Assembly: GCA_965217175.1 (NCBI GenBank)
Contig: OZ244251.1
Span: forward strand, 2,992,682 to 3,056,681
From: Dehalococcoidia bacterium
Lineage (GTDB): Bacteria > Chloroflexota > Dehalococcoidia > Lucifugimonadales > UBA3495
Direction of reading: 5' to 3'
Length of the DNA stretch: 64,000 nucleotides
Of the stretch, positions 10,152 to 19,562 are shown piece by piece. The stretch's first letter is position 1. Each line of letters starts with the position of its first letter. Below the pieces are notes generated by a model. It saw only the letters and a list, made by a program, of their open reading frames with translations, was not told the origin of the DNA and made no database searches. Position numbers and translations under genes: made by a program.

Positions 10152-11417
10152 TTAACTGACTTCCTCGGCTACGGCGCGGGGTTGGTGCGCCACCACGGGA
10201 CGTCGCACCAGGGGCGTGAGCAGTATCACTGGAAGCATCAACAACAGGCCGACACCCGCGTTGACCCCGATGGCGAGTGAGATGGTGAAAGCCTGGGCTA
10301 TCGCTCCGATCTCCACCCCGCCAATCAGGTGCCCCAGCCCGTTTACCAGCCCCGAAGACCCCATGATCCGTCCACGCATCTCCGCCGGAGACGACAACAG
10401 CAGGATGGTGCTTTGCATGGTGCTGAATCCCGATTGGCCAACTCCAGAGCAGAATAGCAGAAAGAAGGAAACCAGGAACCAGGGCGACCAGGCAACCGCG
10501 GTCACTCCGACCGCCACGATCAATGCCCCTATTACGAAGTAACGCCCATGAAATGTGTAATTCCGGCGGACTGCGATGATTATCGCTCCCATAAACGTCC
10601 CGATGCCATCGGCAGATCCTAACAACCCTCCCAGAGTTGGCGTCACTTTCAAGACGTCGGTTGCGATCACCGGTATGAAATATTGCAACGGTAGCACCAT
10701 GCCGTTCATCACCAGGGATATTGAAAGCACCCCCAGTACGAACTTGTTGGAGAAAGAGTGCCCAATACCGGATTTGATCCCTTGCCAGAACACGGTGTCC
10801 CGCACCAACATGGTGGGAACGGCAGGCAGCCGCATCCTGAAGATTAGCAGCGCCGCCAACAGGTCCAGAATAACCAGTACGGCGAACACCGCGGTGAATC
10901 CGTAGAATTCAACCAGGAATCCACCGGCTAATGGTCCCAAAATCTTGCCGCCGTTGTTGGTAAAGGTTTCCAGGGACATGGCCTGGACGATGCGTTCCTG
11001 TCCCGCCAGGTCGAACAGGGCCGCCCTCCGAGTAGGGTCGTCCAACACCTTGGCCGTTCCCTGCATGAGGATGGCGAGAAAAACGTGCCAGGGTTGAATG
11101 ACTCCCATCAACAGGAGAATCAAAAGGCACGAAGCAACGAGCAGGTAGAAGAAGTGGATGCCGGCAAGGATGCGCCAGCGGTCCAACCGATCGGCCAGCA
11201 TTCCCGCTACCAAAGACAATGGAGGGCGGGGTCCGTTGAGGAAAACCGAAATTAGCCCGACTTGAAAGACCGAGTCGGTGAGTTCGTAGATGAGGTATCC
11301 CAACGCAATGAGTTCCATGCGCCGGGAAATCTCATGGATCCACCGGGCCGCCCACAACAGCTGGAAGTTTCGGTCCTGCAGGACGAGCAGTACCGGGCTA
11401 AAGGAGACTGAATTCAT
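10152..11417 (-). CDS. MFS transporter
   Basis: 421-aa polytopic ORF with a 12-TM-like hydrophobic pattern and the MFS loop motif GMLADRLDRWR. Confidence 0.9.
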   Translation of the reverse strand: MNSVSFSPVLLVLQDRNFQLLWAARWIHEISRRMELIALGYLIYELTDSVFQVGLISVFLNGPRPPLSLVAGMLADRLDRWRILAGIHFFYLLVASCLLILLLMGVIQPWHVFLAILMQGTAKVLDDPTRRAALFDLAGQERIVQAMSLETFTNNGGKILGPLAGGFLVEFYGFTAVFAVLVILDLLAALLIFRMRLPAVPTMLVRDTVFWQGIKSGIGHSFSNKFVLGVLSISLVMNGMVLPLQYFIPVIATDVLKVTPTLGGLLGSADGIGTFMGAIIIAVRRNYTFHGRYFVIGALIVAVGVTAVAWSPWFLVSFFLLFCSGVGQSGFSTMQSTILLLSSPAEMRGRIMGSSGLVNGLGHLIGGVEIGAIAQAFTISLAIGVNAGVGLLLMLPVILLTPLVRRPVVAHQPRAVAEEVS

Positions 11418-11603
11418 TATGATTGTTGGGCCGGGCTCGAGGCAGACGATGCCAGGCGTCGGGTGAGAAGGTGCAACGCAGGGCTGGGACCGACGCCAGA
11501 CAGCCGGCCCATGTTCACGGTGGATAGGTAAGCGGCAGGACTGGGGATGTCAGTCATCAGGTCGTGGGGATGAAGCCAGCCGGCACACATGACCACAGAC
11601 TGC

Positions 11604-11834
11604 CTACATCTGCTCGATGCGACCCAAGAACAGGTTCGCATCGGTGGCTAAGTCCCTGATCATGAATATGAAGGGGCGATCGACGGTTACGCTGATGGGC
11701 AAGGGCGTGGGTTCGGCGGATTCGGTGACGGCCCCTGCAACCTTTTGAGCGCCCGAGGCAATTCGGTCGCCCAGCGGATATGGAGCCCCCAACTGGAACG
11801 CTGGCAAGTTTAAGTGAGAAACAGGCTCATCCAT
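11604..11834 (-). pseudogene. serpin C-terminal remnant (reactive-centre loop to C-terminus only)
   Basis: 76-aa ORF ending ...PISVTVDRPFIFMIRDLATDANLFLGRIEQM, matching the serpin C-terminal signature (DRPF-x-F-x-IRD...LF-x-GR). About 300 aa of serpin body are missing. GGAGG lies 6 nt upstream of the ATG. Confidence 0.5.
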
Positions 11835-12048
11835 GCGCGACCTCCGTTCAGCGTCCTGTCCATCGCCATTCTCCTTTCATCGGCAAACGATCCATTGGGT
11901 AAGACGTGGGTGACTGGTTGAAGTAACAAAGGGTTCCCGAACAATATAGAGTCAACCGCGATGCGAACGAGGTTACGCCGCTGCTACCGAACGCATCACG
12001 TTGTGCGGAGAAGGCACGCCGCCGACTATGGAATACGTGGACAGGAGG

Positions 12049-12073
12049 TGGTACAGAGACGAGGATTCGAACC
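12049..12073 (-). other. tRNA 3'-end-like 25-mer (T-loop, T-stem 3' strand, acceptor 3' strand, CCA); no complete tRNA
   Basis: The minus strand reads GGTTCGAATCCTCGTCTCTGTACCA with exact tRNA spacing (7-nt loop, 5, 7, discriminator, CCA). The upstream 5 nt (GATGG) cannot pair with CCTCG. Possible old att remnant. Confidence 0.3.
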
Positions 12074-12613
12074 ATCGGGCGTCTCCCCGTCGGGTGTAAT
12101 TGGGCGAGAAAAGGCACTGCCGTCAAAACCAGCGTTACCCCATCCGACCCAGCGTGAAAATTCAACCATACGCCGGTTGCAGACGACAGGTCAACCTAGG
12201 CATCCCAGGCCCAGGGAAACCGCATTTTGATGCTATTGCTCTCGTCTTTCACGCGAAATCGGGAATCCAACGTCCGAAATGATTGGAGACCGTCCGAAGT
12301 CAGACTCAATCTTACTTTCTGTGTTCCGGATTGCGCCGTACACAAGGTACCCTGAACTCGGCGCCCCAACAATCTATTTGCTGTTATGCCTGGTTGGATA
12401 GCGCACTGGTCCCTGGTTCCTGTTTCCGTAGAATCACCAATGGCTGATAGGGAGAGGAACTTGCGGACCCCCTACGATTGCGACCGTGCGGTTGACCGGT
12501 AATGCACGGCAATACTAATATGGCGGAAGCGCTCGCAGCGAATAACGTAATTAGCCGATTTGAAATTTGTAATATTCGCGCTTCGTGAGGCATTATTGGT
12601 GGGGAGGTGCTAA

Positions 12614-13475
12614 GAACCTGTCTACGATCTCTGAAATAGGTTAAGTTGAGACTATTATCAGGGGAGGGGTAATCATGTCTCATTCCTATCCCAGCGACAT
12701 CAGCCGGGAGCAATTCGCCCGTATTCTGCCGACGTTGGAGTCGGCCCGACGCCGGACCAAGCCCCGCACCGTGGACTTATATGACGTTTTCTGCGGCGTA
12801 CTGTACCTCCTGAAAAGCGGGTGCCAGTGGCGAATGCTGCCGGCGGACTTCTCCAATTGGCGCACTTGCTACAAGTATTTCCGGCAATGGAGCGAGCGGC
12901 CTGGCCCGGGTCAGGATTCCATTCTGGAGCAAGTCCTAAAAAAAATCGGTTGGCGCGGCCCGACAAAGCAATGGACGGAAAGAGCAGACCAGCTTCTGCA
13001 TCGTGGACTCCCAGAGCGTCAAGAACACGGACACCGCCGGGCACAAGGGCTATGACGCAGGCAAGAAGGTGTCGGGAATCAAGCGTCACATCGCGGTGGA
13101 CACGCAGGGATTGCCCCATGGGATACACGTGACTACCGCCGACGTTACCGACCGGGCCGGGGCTTTGGCGATGTTTGACCGGCGGCGGGACGACCTCAGC
13201 CTGGTGCGGAACGTGCTGGTGGACGGGGGTTACACCGGGAAGCCCTTTGCCACTGCGGTGCAAGGCCTGTTGGGAGCCTCGGTGGAAGTAGTGAAACGCA
13301 ACGAACTGCACACCTTCGTGGTGCTGCCAAAGCGATGGGTGGTGGAGCGGTCTTTCGCCTGGCTGGAAAAGTGCCGCCGACTCTGGAAGAACTGCGAAAG
13401 AAAGCTCAATACCAGCCTGCAAATGGTGGTGCTTGCCTTCACGGTGCTAATCCTAAAAAGATTGTAAACAGGCTC
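12614..13475 (+). mobile_element. IS5-family insertion sequence (862 bp)
   Basis: Terminal inverted repeats GAACCTGTCTACGATCT (12614-) and reverse complement GAGCCTGTTTACAATCT (-13475), 14/17 identical. They enclose a two-frame DDE transposase. Flanking triplets are TAA (left) and TTA (right). Confidence 0.8.
12675..13467 (+). CDS. IS5-family transposase, two frames joined at an A8 tract (orfB in +1 frame)
   Basis: orfA 12675..13055 (LYLLKSGCQWRMLP). The second frame reads through the A8 tract at 12938-12945 as KKSVGAARQSNGRKEQTSFCIVDSQSVKNTDTAGHKGYDAGKK... to 13467 (DDE domain, VERSFAWLEKCRRL). Confidence 0.8.
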
Positions 13476-13588
13476 TTACGACCGACGGCTCCCCGGTTTG
13501 CTGGGGACGGAATGAAAACGGGGAGTCCGAGCCGCCAATAGGCGAAACCTTCGTTGCCATCAGCAGTGGATCCGGGCACACCTGCGCG

Positions 13589-15619
13589 TTGCGGGAAGAC
13601 GGCACTCCCGTCTGTTGGGGCAAAAACACGGACCGGTATGGCAACACGGCAGGCCAGGCCACGCCGCCTGAGGGCGAAACCTTCTCCATCATTTCCAGCG
13701 GCGGGGACCACACCTGCGGTATCCAGATCGACGACACAATGAGGTGCTGGGGATGGAACGCCTTTGGTCAAGCATCGCCTCCGAACGACGACGACTTCAG
13801 GTACCTCAGTACCAGAAGTTGGTGGCACACCTGTGCGCTAAAGGAAGACGGAACCGCCAAATGCTGGGGCCTTAACAATTGGGGCCAATCCAACGCCCCC
13901 GAGGATGAGGTCTTCGTCGAGGTTGCAACGGGAGATGTCCACTCCTGCGGGCTGCGCTCCAACGGCACCGTGCGGTGCTGGGGCAGCAACTCCAGGTGGA
14001 GCGGTTCACCCTACTACGGGCAAGCCACCCCTCCGGAAGGCATTTCCTTCGTGAGCATCACCGCGGGCTACAACCACACCTGCGGACTCACCGCAGATGG
14101 CATTGCTCACTGCTGGGGAGACGACAGCGACGGCCAGGGAACTGCCAATCGGTTCCGGACCATCACAACGAAGGGAAATTCGGTGTGCGGCCTGCGTCTG
14201 GACGGATCCATGCTGTGCTGGGGAGACGACACGCACGGTCAACTGTCCGTGCCCCCCGGCGCCGGGTTTACTGCCGTCGCTGGCGGCGTGGACTTCAATT
14301 GCGCCCTCGGTTCCGTGGGGACACCGTCCTGCTGGGGCATCGACATCGAAGGCCGGCTATCCGCACCGGCGAACGAACAGTTTGTGGACATCACTGCCGG
14401 TTCCCACCACGCCTGCGGCCTGCGGGCGGATGGCTCCGCGGATTGCTGGGGTACCCGACCCAGTCGGCAGAACCCCGCCTGGGGCTATGTCAACCCGCCG
14501 GCTGGGCAACGATTCAAGCACATCACCGGGGGATGGGGCCACATGTGCGGGCTTCACTTTGACAACACGGCTACGTGCTGGGGTTGGGGCAGCAGCGGTC
14601 AGCTGGAAGTTCCTGGACGGGTAGAGTGGTTGAGCATCAGCCCTGGAGCTCGTCACACCTGTGGCGTGGCCACTGACGGAATGGCCATGTGTTGGGGGGG
14701 CAACGAACACGGACAAACCGAGGTTACGTCCGGCGAGATCTTCAAGCAGATCGCGTCGGGCTTTTATCACACCTGTGGCCTGCGCACGGACGGAACACCG
14801 GTGTGCTGGGGCGGCGACGGCAGAGGTGCGATGGAGCCACCTGCCGGTGAAACTTTCGTGTCGCTATCGGCCGGTGACGGCATAACCTGCGGCATCCGTC
14901 AGAATGGTAGTTTCAACTGCTGGGGCCGCAATGAATACGGCCAATTGAATCGCCACGGCGCTATCGCCAAGTGGTCGGCTGATGGGTCTGCGCGCGACAT
15001 TCTGGATCAGCACGACGGGGAGTTGATGGGTGACGCCGGGTTCGCCAACGGTATATCCGGTCAGGCGTTCGATTTCCGTGGTCCCGAATCCTTTGTCAGG
15101 ATTCCACACGACCTTCGCCTGAGCGGTGAGGACGAATTGACCGTAGCCATGTGGGTAAATCTCCGGTCATATCCGGACGATGACCACGCAGGGTTGGCGA
15201 ACATTTGGGGCCCAGGCAGGCATGAAGACGATTCCTGGAGCCTCAATCTGAAGCCTTCCGGATCGGTCCGTTTTCGCGTCGCCGGTGGCGACACGGCGTC
15301 CGACAGCTCGGAGGTGAACACAAACCATCAGATTGAATTGAACGAATGGGTTCACGTAGTCGCCGTGTACCGTCGGGGCGCGTTCATTGGCGTGTATTTC
15401 GACGGTGTTCGCGATGATGGGGGCGTGCTGCTAGTGGTTACGATAGAGAATGGAGATGATGCAATACACGTCTCCGACCAGGACCTATGGATTGGCTTGA
15501 ATTATGAGAATAGCTCCCAACGGGCCAGCCTGAACGGACTGGTGGATGAGGTGATGATCTTCGACCGTGCTCTGACTGAGGCGGAGATTCAGGAACTGGC
15601 CAGCGGACACGGAAACTGA
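13589..15619 (+). CDS. RCC1-repeat beta-propeller protein with C-terminal LamG (concanavalin-A-like) domain, 5'-truncated by the IS
   Basis: 12 CWG-x-N/D repeats in the track ORF. The frame stays open back to 13478 at the IS edge, adding one more repeat (TTDGSPVCWGRNENGESEPP). C-terminus is LamG_3-like (WVHVVAVYRRGAFIGVYFDG, LVDEVMIFDRALTEAEIQEL). No signal peptide or start context. Confidence 0.8.
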   Translation: MREDGTPVCWGKNTDRYGNTAGQATPPEGETFSIISSGGDHTCGIQIDDTMRCWGWNAFGQASPPNDDDFRYLSTRSWWHTCALKEDGTAKCWGLNNWGQSNAPEDEVFVEVATGDVHSCGLRSNGTVRCWGSNSRWSGSPYYGQATPPEGISFVSITAGYNHTCGLTADGIAHCWGDDSDGQGTANRFRTITTKGNSVCGLRLDGSMLCWGDDTHGQLSVPPGAGFTAVAGGVDFNCALGSVGTPSCWGIDIEGRLSAPANEQFVDITAGSHHACGLRADGSADCWGTRPSRQNPAWGYVNPPAGQRFKHITGGWGHMCGLHFDNTATCWGWGSSGQLEVPGRVEWLSISPGARHTCGVATDGMAMCWGGNEHGQTEVTSGEIFKQIASGFYHTCGLRTDGTPVCWGGDGRGAMEPPAGETFVSLSAGDGITCGIRQNGSFNCWGRNEYGQLNRHGAIAKWSADGSARDILDQHDGELMGDAGFANGISGQAFDFRGPESFVRIPHDLRLSGEDELTVAMWVNLRSYPDDDHAGLANIWGPGRHEDDSWSLNLKPSGSVRFRVAGGDTASDSSEVNTNHQIELNEWVHVVAVYRRGAFIGVYFDGVRDDGGVLLVVTIENGDDAIHVSDQDLWIGLNYENSSQRASLNGLVDEVMIFDRALTEAEIQELASGHGN

Positions 15620-15732
15620 ACTGCTGCTGCCAATGCAACGAGGCTGGCACGAAGGTAATAGCGCACCGTAGCGGTTTGACTAACAGCGCTTCCCGGACGG
15701 GTTACCCGGGCATCTCCTGGCATCAGACGCAA

Positions 15733-15776
15733 CCTGCCGCCGAACTCTTGCCTGAGTTCGGCGGCAGGGATTTTAT
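15733..15776 (+). terminator. rho-independent terminator-like hairpin
   Basis: CCTGCCGCCGAACT-loop-AGTTCGGCGGCAGG followed by GATTTTATT, between convergent genes. Confidence 0.6.
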
Positions 15777-15837
15777 TGGGCAGACTTTGGATTGAGGGTT
15801 GTAGATTGGCGCCGCGAGCCAGGGGACCGGGCGGGGG

Positions 15838-16638
15838 CTAGATGCCCTGCCAGTACCGCCGGTCTTCTCCCCGGACGAAATGGCCAAAGCCAGGGTCGGG
15901 GAAGTGCCCGGCAGACACCAGCGTTCCCTCGGCTTCCAGCATGTCGATAACCGCATGTCTGGTGGACCGGGCCATGTCCTGGTCGATGTCGAACTCTGGG
16001 CACCAATCGGTGTGATGGGCCTGAATGGGACTGTGGGCAACGTCGCCCAGGATAAATGCGTGTTCACCGTTGGACGTGACGCGGATGGAGTTGTGTCCTG
16101 GAGTGTGGCCCGGCGTCGGGTAAGCCGTCAGTTCCGGGGTTATCTGGAATTCGCCGTCCATCAGATCCATTACGCCGTGTTCCTGCAGCGGCAAAACCTG
16201 TGGGACCACGTACTCGACGGTGTTTATCACGTCGGCTTGGGTCCAGTAGTCCCAATCCTTTTGGGGCACCAGGAAACGGGCGTTGGGGAAGTTGGGTTTG
16301 CCGTCGGTGTAATTCCAACCGACGTGGTCGGGATGCACATGGGTAAAGACCACCAGGTCCACAGCCTCCCGGTCGATGCCCTTGGCCTGCATGTCGTCCA
16401 GCAGGTAGCAGCCTTCGCCCTGCATTCCGGTGTCCACGATTATCAGCTTGCCGGAGGACCGCACGGCCAACGAACCCCAGCGGTACCTGGCGTTTTCATG
16501 GTCGGCCATCAGCTCCGGGTACTCCATCCATTGCTCGATGGTGGTGTGGGGAAACGCGACGAAGGGCGACCTGACGGGCAGGTTGTCGTTGAGAGAAATC
16601 AGTTCGACGGCGCCTACATTTACGATGTGATTGGGCAT
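15838..16638 (-). CDS. MBL-fold metallo-hydrolase
   Basis: 266-aa ORF with the HxHxDH motif (VVFTHVHPDHVGW) and a downstream His (PGHTPGH). Confidence 0.85.
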   Translation of the reverse strand: MPNHIVNVGAVELISLNDNLPVRSPFVAFPHTTIEQWMEYPELMADHENARYRWGSLAVRSSGKLIIVDTGMQGEGCYLLDDMQAKGIDREAVDLVVFTHVHPDHVGWNYTDGKPNFPNARFLVPQKDWDYWTQADVINTVEYVVPQVLPLQEHGVMDLMDGEFQITPELTAYPTPGHTPGHNSIRVTSNGEHAFILGDVAHSPIQAHHTDWCPEFDIDQDMARSTRHAVIDMLEAEGTLVSAGHFPDPGFGHFVRGEDRRYWQGI

Positions 16639-16660
16639 TAGAAACTCCAGATAGTCGGGT

Positions 16661-17323
16661 CTAAAGTTCGAAAGTCTTCTTGAAAATGCTGGGAGAACCG
16701 GGGCCGTGGGTGATCAAGGCCCGCATTTCGGCATTCCTGGGGTCGGCGTCCAGCTGGGCTGCCCATTCCGGGGTCTGGGAGACGTTCTCGTGCTCAAACT
16801 CGTAGACCACCGAGTACTTTGGGTCCTCTCCCCGCACCGTCCTGAAACGGCGTCCCCGGATCACGCCGGGCACTTTCTCGAAATTGGGCACGAAAATCGA
16901 GTTATACCACTGGTTCCACTCGGCATCGCGTTCGGGCGGGATGTTCATCCGGCCCACCTGTAGCGCTGGGGCCATGCCGCTGGCCGCCATCTCGCTGGAG
17001 ACCGAGTCGGGATAAATCATTTCATAGAGCGGGTTGAAGAAATTCAGGCCGATAAGAGACGGACCCATTGTCTCGCTCCACGTGGACTTGGCCCGCTTGG
17101 TGAAACCATCGCCCAACACCGCGGCCGGGCTTTCCAACTCATAGGCGGCCAGATGCTTTGGCCCGCCTCGCACCGCTTCGTAACGGGCGGCGTTCAGCAC
17201 ACCGGGGACATTGAGAATCTCCTGGATGTGCTCCTCGTTGTACCAGCGGTTGAACTCGTCCTCGCGGTCCTGCGGGACGTCGCACCAGACCATCAGTATT
17301 CCGGTCCCTTTTTTGGCAGCCAT
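16661..17323 (-). CDS. protein with two tandem ferredoxin-like (EthD/Dabb-type) domains, function unknown
   Basis: Internal duplication: EFNRWYNEEHIQEILNVPGVLNAARYEAV and EWNQWYNSIFVPNFEKVPGVIRGRRFRTV. Confidence 0.55.
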   Translation of the reverse strand: MAAKKGTGILMVWCDVPQDREDEFNRWYNEEHIQEILNVPGVLNAARYEAVRGGPKHLAAYELESPAAVLGDGFTKRAKSTWSETMGPSLIGLNFFNPLYEMIYPDSVSSEMAASGMAPALQVGRMNIPPERDAEWNQWYNSIFVPNFEKVPGVIRGRRFRTVRGEDPKYSVVYEFEHENVSQTPEWAAQLDADPRNAEMRALITHGPGSPSIFKKTFEL

Positions 17324-17832
17324 ATTGTTTCCCTCCGTTGGATATTGATTTTGGATGATAGCGTTCTGGGCGGTGGTGTTGTGGCAACTGCATTCTGCTT
17401 CGTTGATACAGCTTCGTCGATACAGCGAACACTATAGCCCAGGTTGGCGCCATCAGGAACGAGCTGCGGCCGTCGGTCGTATTGTTGAGTGCGATCGTTC
17501 TGGTGGAATCCGCAGATATACGGGCCTGAGGCAGGGTCTCGTTGCCCAGCGCGCCCCACCCATTGGCATCGCTACCACGTTCGCAGCTATGCGCTACAGC
17601 TGGAACCTGCCTCCACGTGCCAATGCTGGCGGCAACGCGGTCGTTGCCATGGGCGCTGCCTCCGGCGTATTGGGCACCGACGCCACCGGAGAAACGGGAG
17701 TTGATGAACATCGGGTGCGTCCCCCGGGCGCGAGCAAACGCCTGCACTCGCGATGTTGGGGCGAGGCGGGATTGGCGCACAGCGCGATGGCGATGGTAAG
17801 GTGCGTACACTTGAAGCGACGCGACCGATTGC

Positions 17833-19245
17833 GTGAGGGGGCATATTTTGGCGGATACACCGTTGCATTATCAGACTATTACCGAAGTAGCCGGGAAGAT
17901 CCAGTCAGGAGAAGTTTCGCCGGTTGAATTGACCCGGGCCTTGCTGGACCGGATCGCCGCTCTGGACGGGGAGTTGAAAAGCTACGCCACGGTCATGGAG
18001 GACCAGGCGATGGCCGCCGCCCTGGCGGCGGAGCAGGAGATCGCCTCGGGACGTTATCGCGGTGCTCTGCACGGTGTTCCAATCGCCGTCAAAGACCTTT
18101 GCCTCACCCGCGGCGTGGCGACCATGGGCGGGACACAGGCGCTGCGGGATTTCGTTCCTGATTTTGACGGCACCGTGGTGCGGAAATTGAACGACGCCGG
18201 AGCGGTCATACTGGGCAAACTGAACCTCACCGAAGGCGCGATGGCGGGGTACAACCCCAGGTTCGACATCCCGGTGAATCCCTGGGGAGCCGACCGTTGG
18301 TCTGGAGCGTCTTCCAGCGGTTCGGGCGTGGCGACGGCAGCGGGGTTGTGCTATGGCTCGCTGGGCAGCGACACCGGCGGGTCGATTCGGTTTCCGGCGG
18401 CAGCCTGCGGCACGGTGGGAATCAAACCCACGTGGGGACGCGTCAGTCGGTATGGGGTGCTGGCGCTGGCGGAGTCTATGGATCACATTGGCCCGATGAC
18501 CCGCAGCGCGGCGGACGCGGGAATCATGCTCCAGGCGCTGGCTGGCCACGACCCCAACGACCACACGTCGCTGCGTGCTCCGGTTCCCGATATGCTGGCC
18601 GGGCTGGGTCAGGGAGTTGCCGGGATCCGTATCGGTGTGGACGAACGTTACATCGGCGACGGGGTGGACTCCGAGGTAGCTGACGCGGTGCTGGCCGGCG
18701 CACGACTGCTGGAGCGCATGGGAGCGCGGCTGGTTCCGGTGAGGATGCCGGAGACCGAGGATTTCTCCCGCGCGTGGGGCGTGCTGTGCTCGGCGGAGGC
18801 GGCCGCTGCCCACCGGGACACTTTTCCGTCGCGCGCCGATGAATACGGTCCCTGGTTCCGAGGCTGGCTGGAGCTGGGGCACAAGTACACCGCCGCCGAC
18901 TACGCGATTGCCAACCAGGGACGGCTGGCATGCAACGGCATTCTGACAGGAGTGTTTGAAGACATCGACGTGCTGATCTGCCCGTCCATGACTACCGCGC
19001 CCGAGCGGGTTACGCTTGAGGAATTGTATGGGCCAATGAGTGAACAAGAATGGACCTGGGGTCGCTTCACGATCCCATTTGATTTCAACGGAGCGCCCAC
19101 GATTTCACTGCCCAGTGGTCTCAACAGCGAGGGGCTGCCGCTGAGCATCCAGTTTGTGGGCAAGCACCTGGCGGAGCCGCTGTTGGTGCAAGTAGGCGAA
19201 TCGTACGAGTCGGCTACGCAACACAACCTTCGGCCAGGCGTTTAG
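17833..19245 (+). CDS. amidase (amidase-signature family), paralog 1
   Basis: AS motif GASSSGSGVATAAGLCYGSLGSDTGGSIRFPAA. TTG at 17848 with GAGGGGG upstream is an alternative start. Confidence 0.9.
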   Translation: MRGHILADTPLHYQTITEVAGKIQSGEVSPVELTRALLDRIAALDGELKSYATVMEDQAMAAALAAEQEIASGRYRGALHGVPIAVKDLCLTRGVATMGGTQALRDFVPDFDGTVVRKLNDAGAVILGKLNLTEGAMAGYNPRFDIPVNPWGADRWSGASSSGSGVATAAGLCYGSLGSDTGGSIRFPAAACGTVGIKPTWGRVSRYGVLALAESMDHIGPMTRSAADAGIMLQALAGHDPNDHTSLRAPVPDMLAGLGQGVAGIRIGVDERYIGDGVDSEVADAVLAGARLLERMGARLVPVRMPETEDFSRAWGVLCSAEAAAAHRDTFPSRADEYGPWFRGWLELGHKYTAADYAIANQGRLACNGILTGVFEDIDVLICPSMTTAPERVTLEELYGPMSEQEWTWGRFTIPFDFNGAPTISLPSGLNSEGLPLSIQFVGKHLAEPLLVQVGESYESATQHNLRPGV

Positions 19246-19562
19246 AACTGGATCGCCTGGTGAGCCTGTGCGGAACTAGGCCAGGGCGTGAGCACGGTCC
19301 GTAAGTTGGGCAGGACCGAATCAGGCATTGCTGATCCGTCAACGGTTGGCAAGCTAGGGGTATAGTGGCGCAACTGGGCCGGAACCCGGTCGCTTCAACT
19401 TGGCCCGTTACCCATCTCCACCGAGTGCGACAGAACGATCGCGTGAGGCGGTTCCCGTGGCTCTGGGGTCAAAATCAGTATTGTTGCCAGGGCAAGAAAA
19501 GATAAAGACTCACCAGAGATTTTGGCAGCTGCCCAGCCCCGTGGGCCGGGCAGCTGCCGGTT

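Noticed and set aside
12049-12150. Possible complete tRNA, tRNA-Sec or tmRNA on the minus strand, because of GGTTCGAATCC and an encoded CCA
   Set aside because: The 5 nt upstream of the T loop (GATGG) pair with CCTCG at only 2 of 5 positions. No 5' acceptor strand complementary to TCTCTGT is found within 100 nt. No tmRNA-type 5' end or tag frame is seen. Kept only as a 3'-end fragment.
12385-12420. GCCTGGTTGGATAGCGCACTGGTCCCTGG resembles a tRNA acceptor and D-arm
   Set aside because: No anticodon stem partner and no T arm follow, so it cannot be folded into a cloverleaf by hand.
19524-19558. GC-rich hairpin GGCAGCTGCCC...GGGCAGCTGCC directly after the alpha/beta-hydrolase stop, as a terminator
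   Set aside because: On the gene's own strand it is followed by an A-run rather than a U-tract, so terminator function is unclear.
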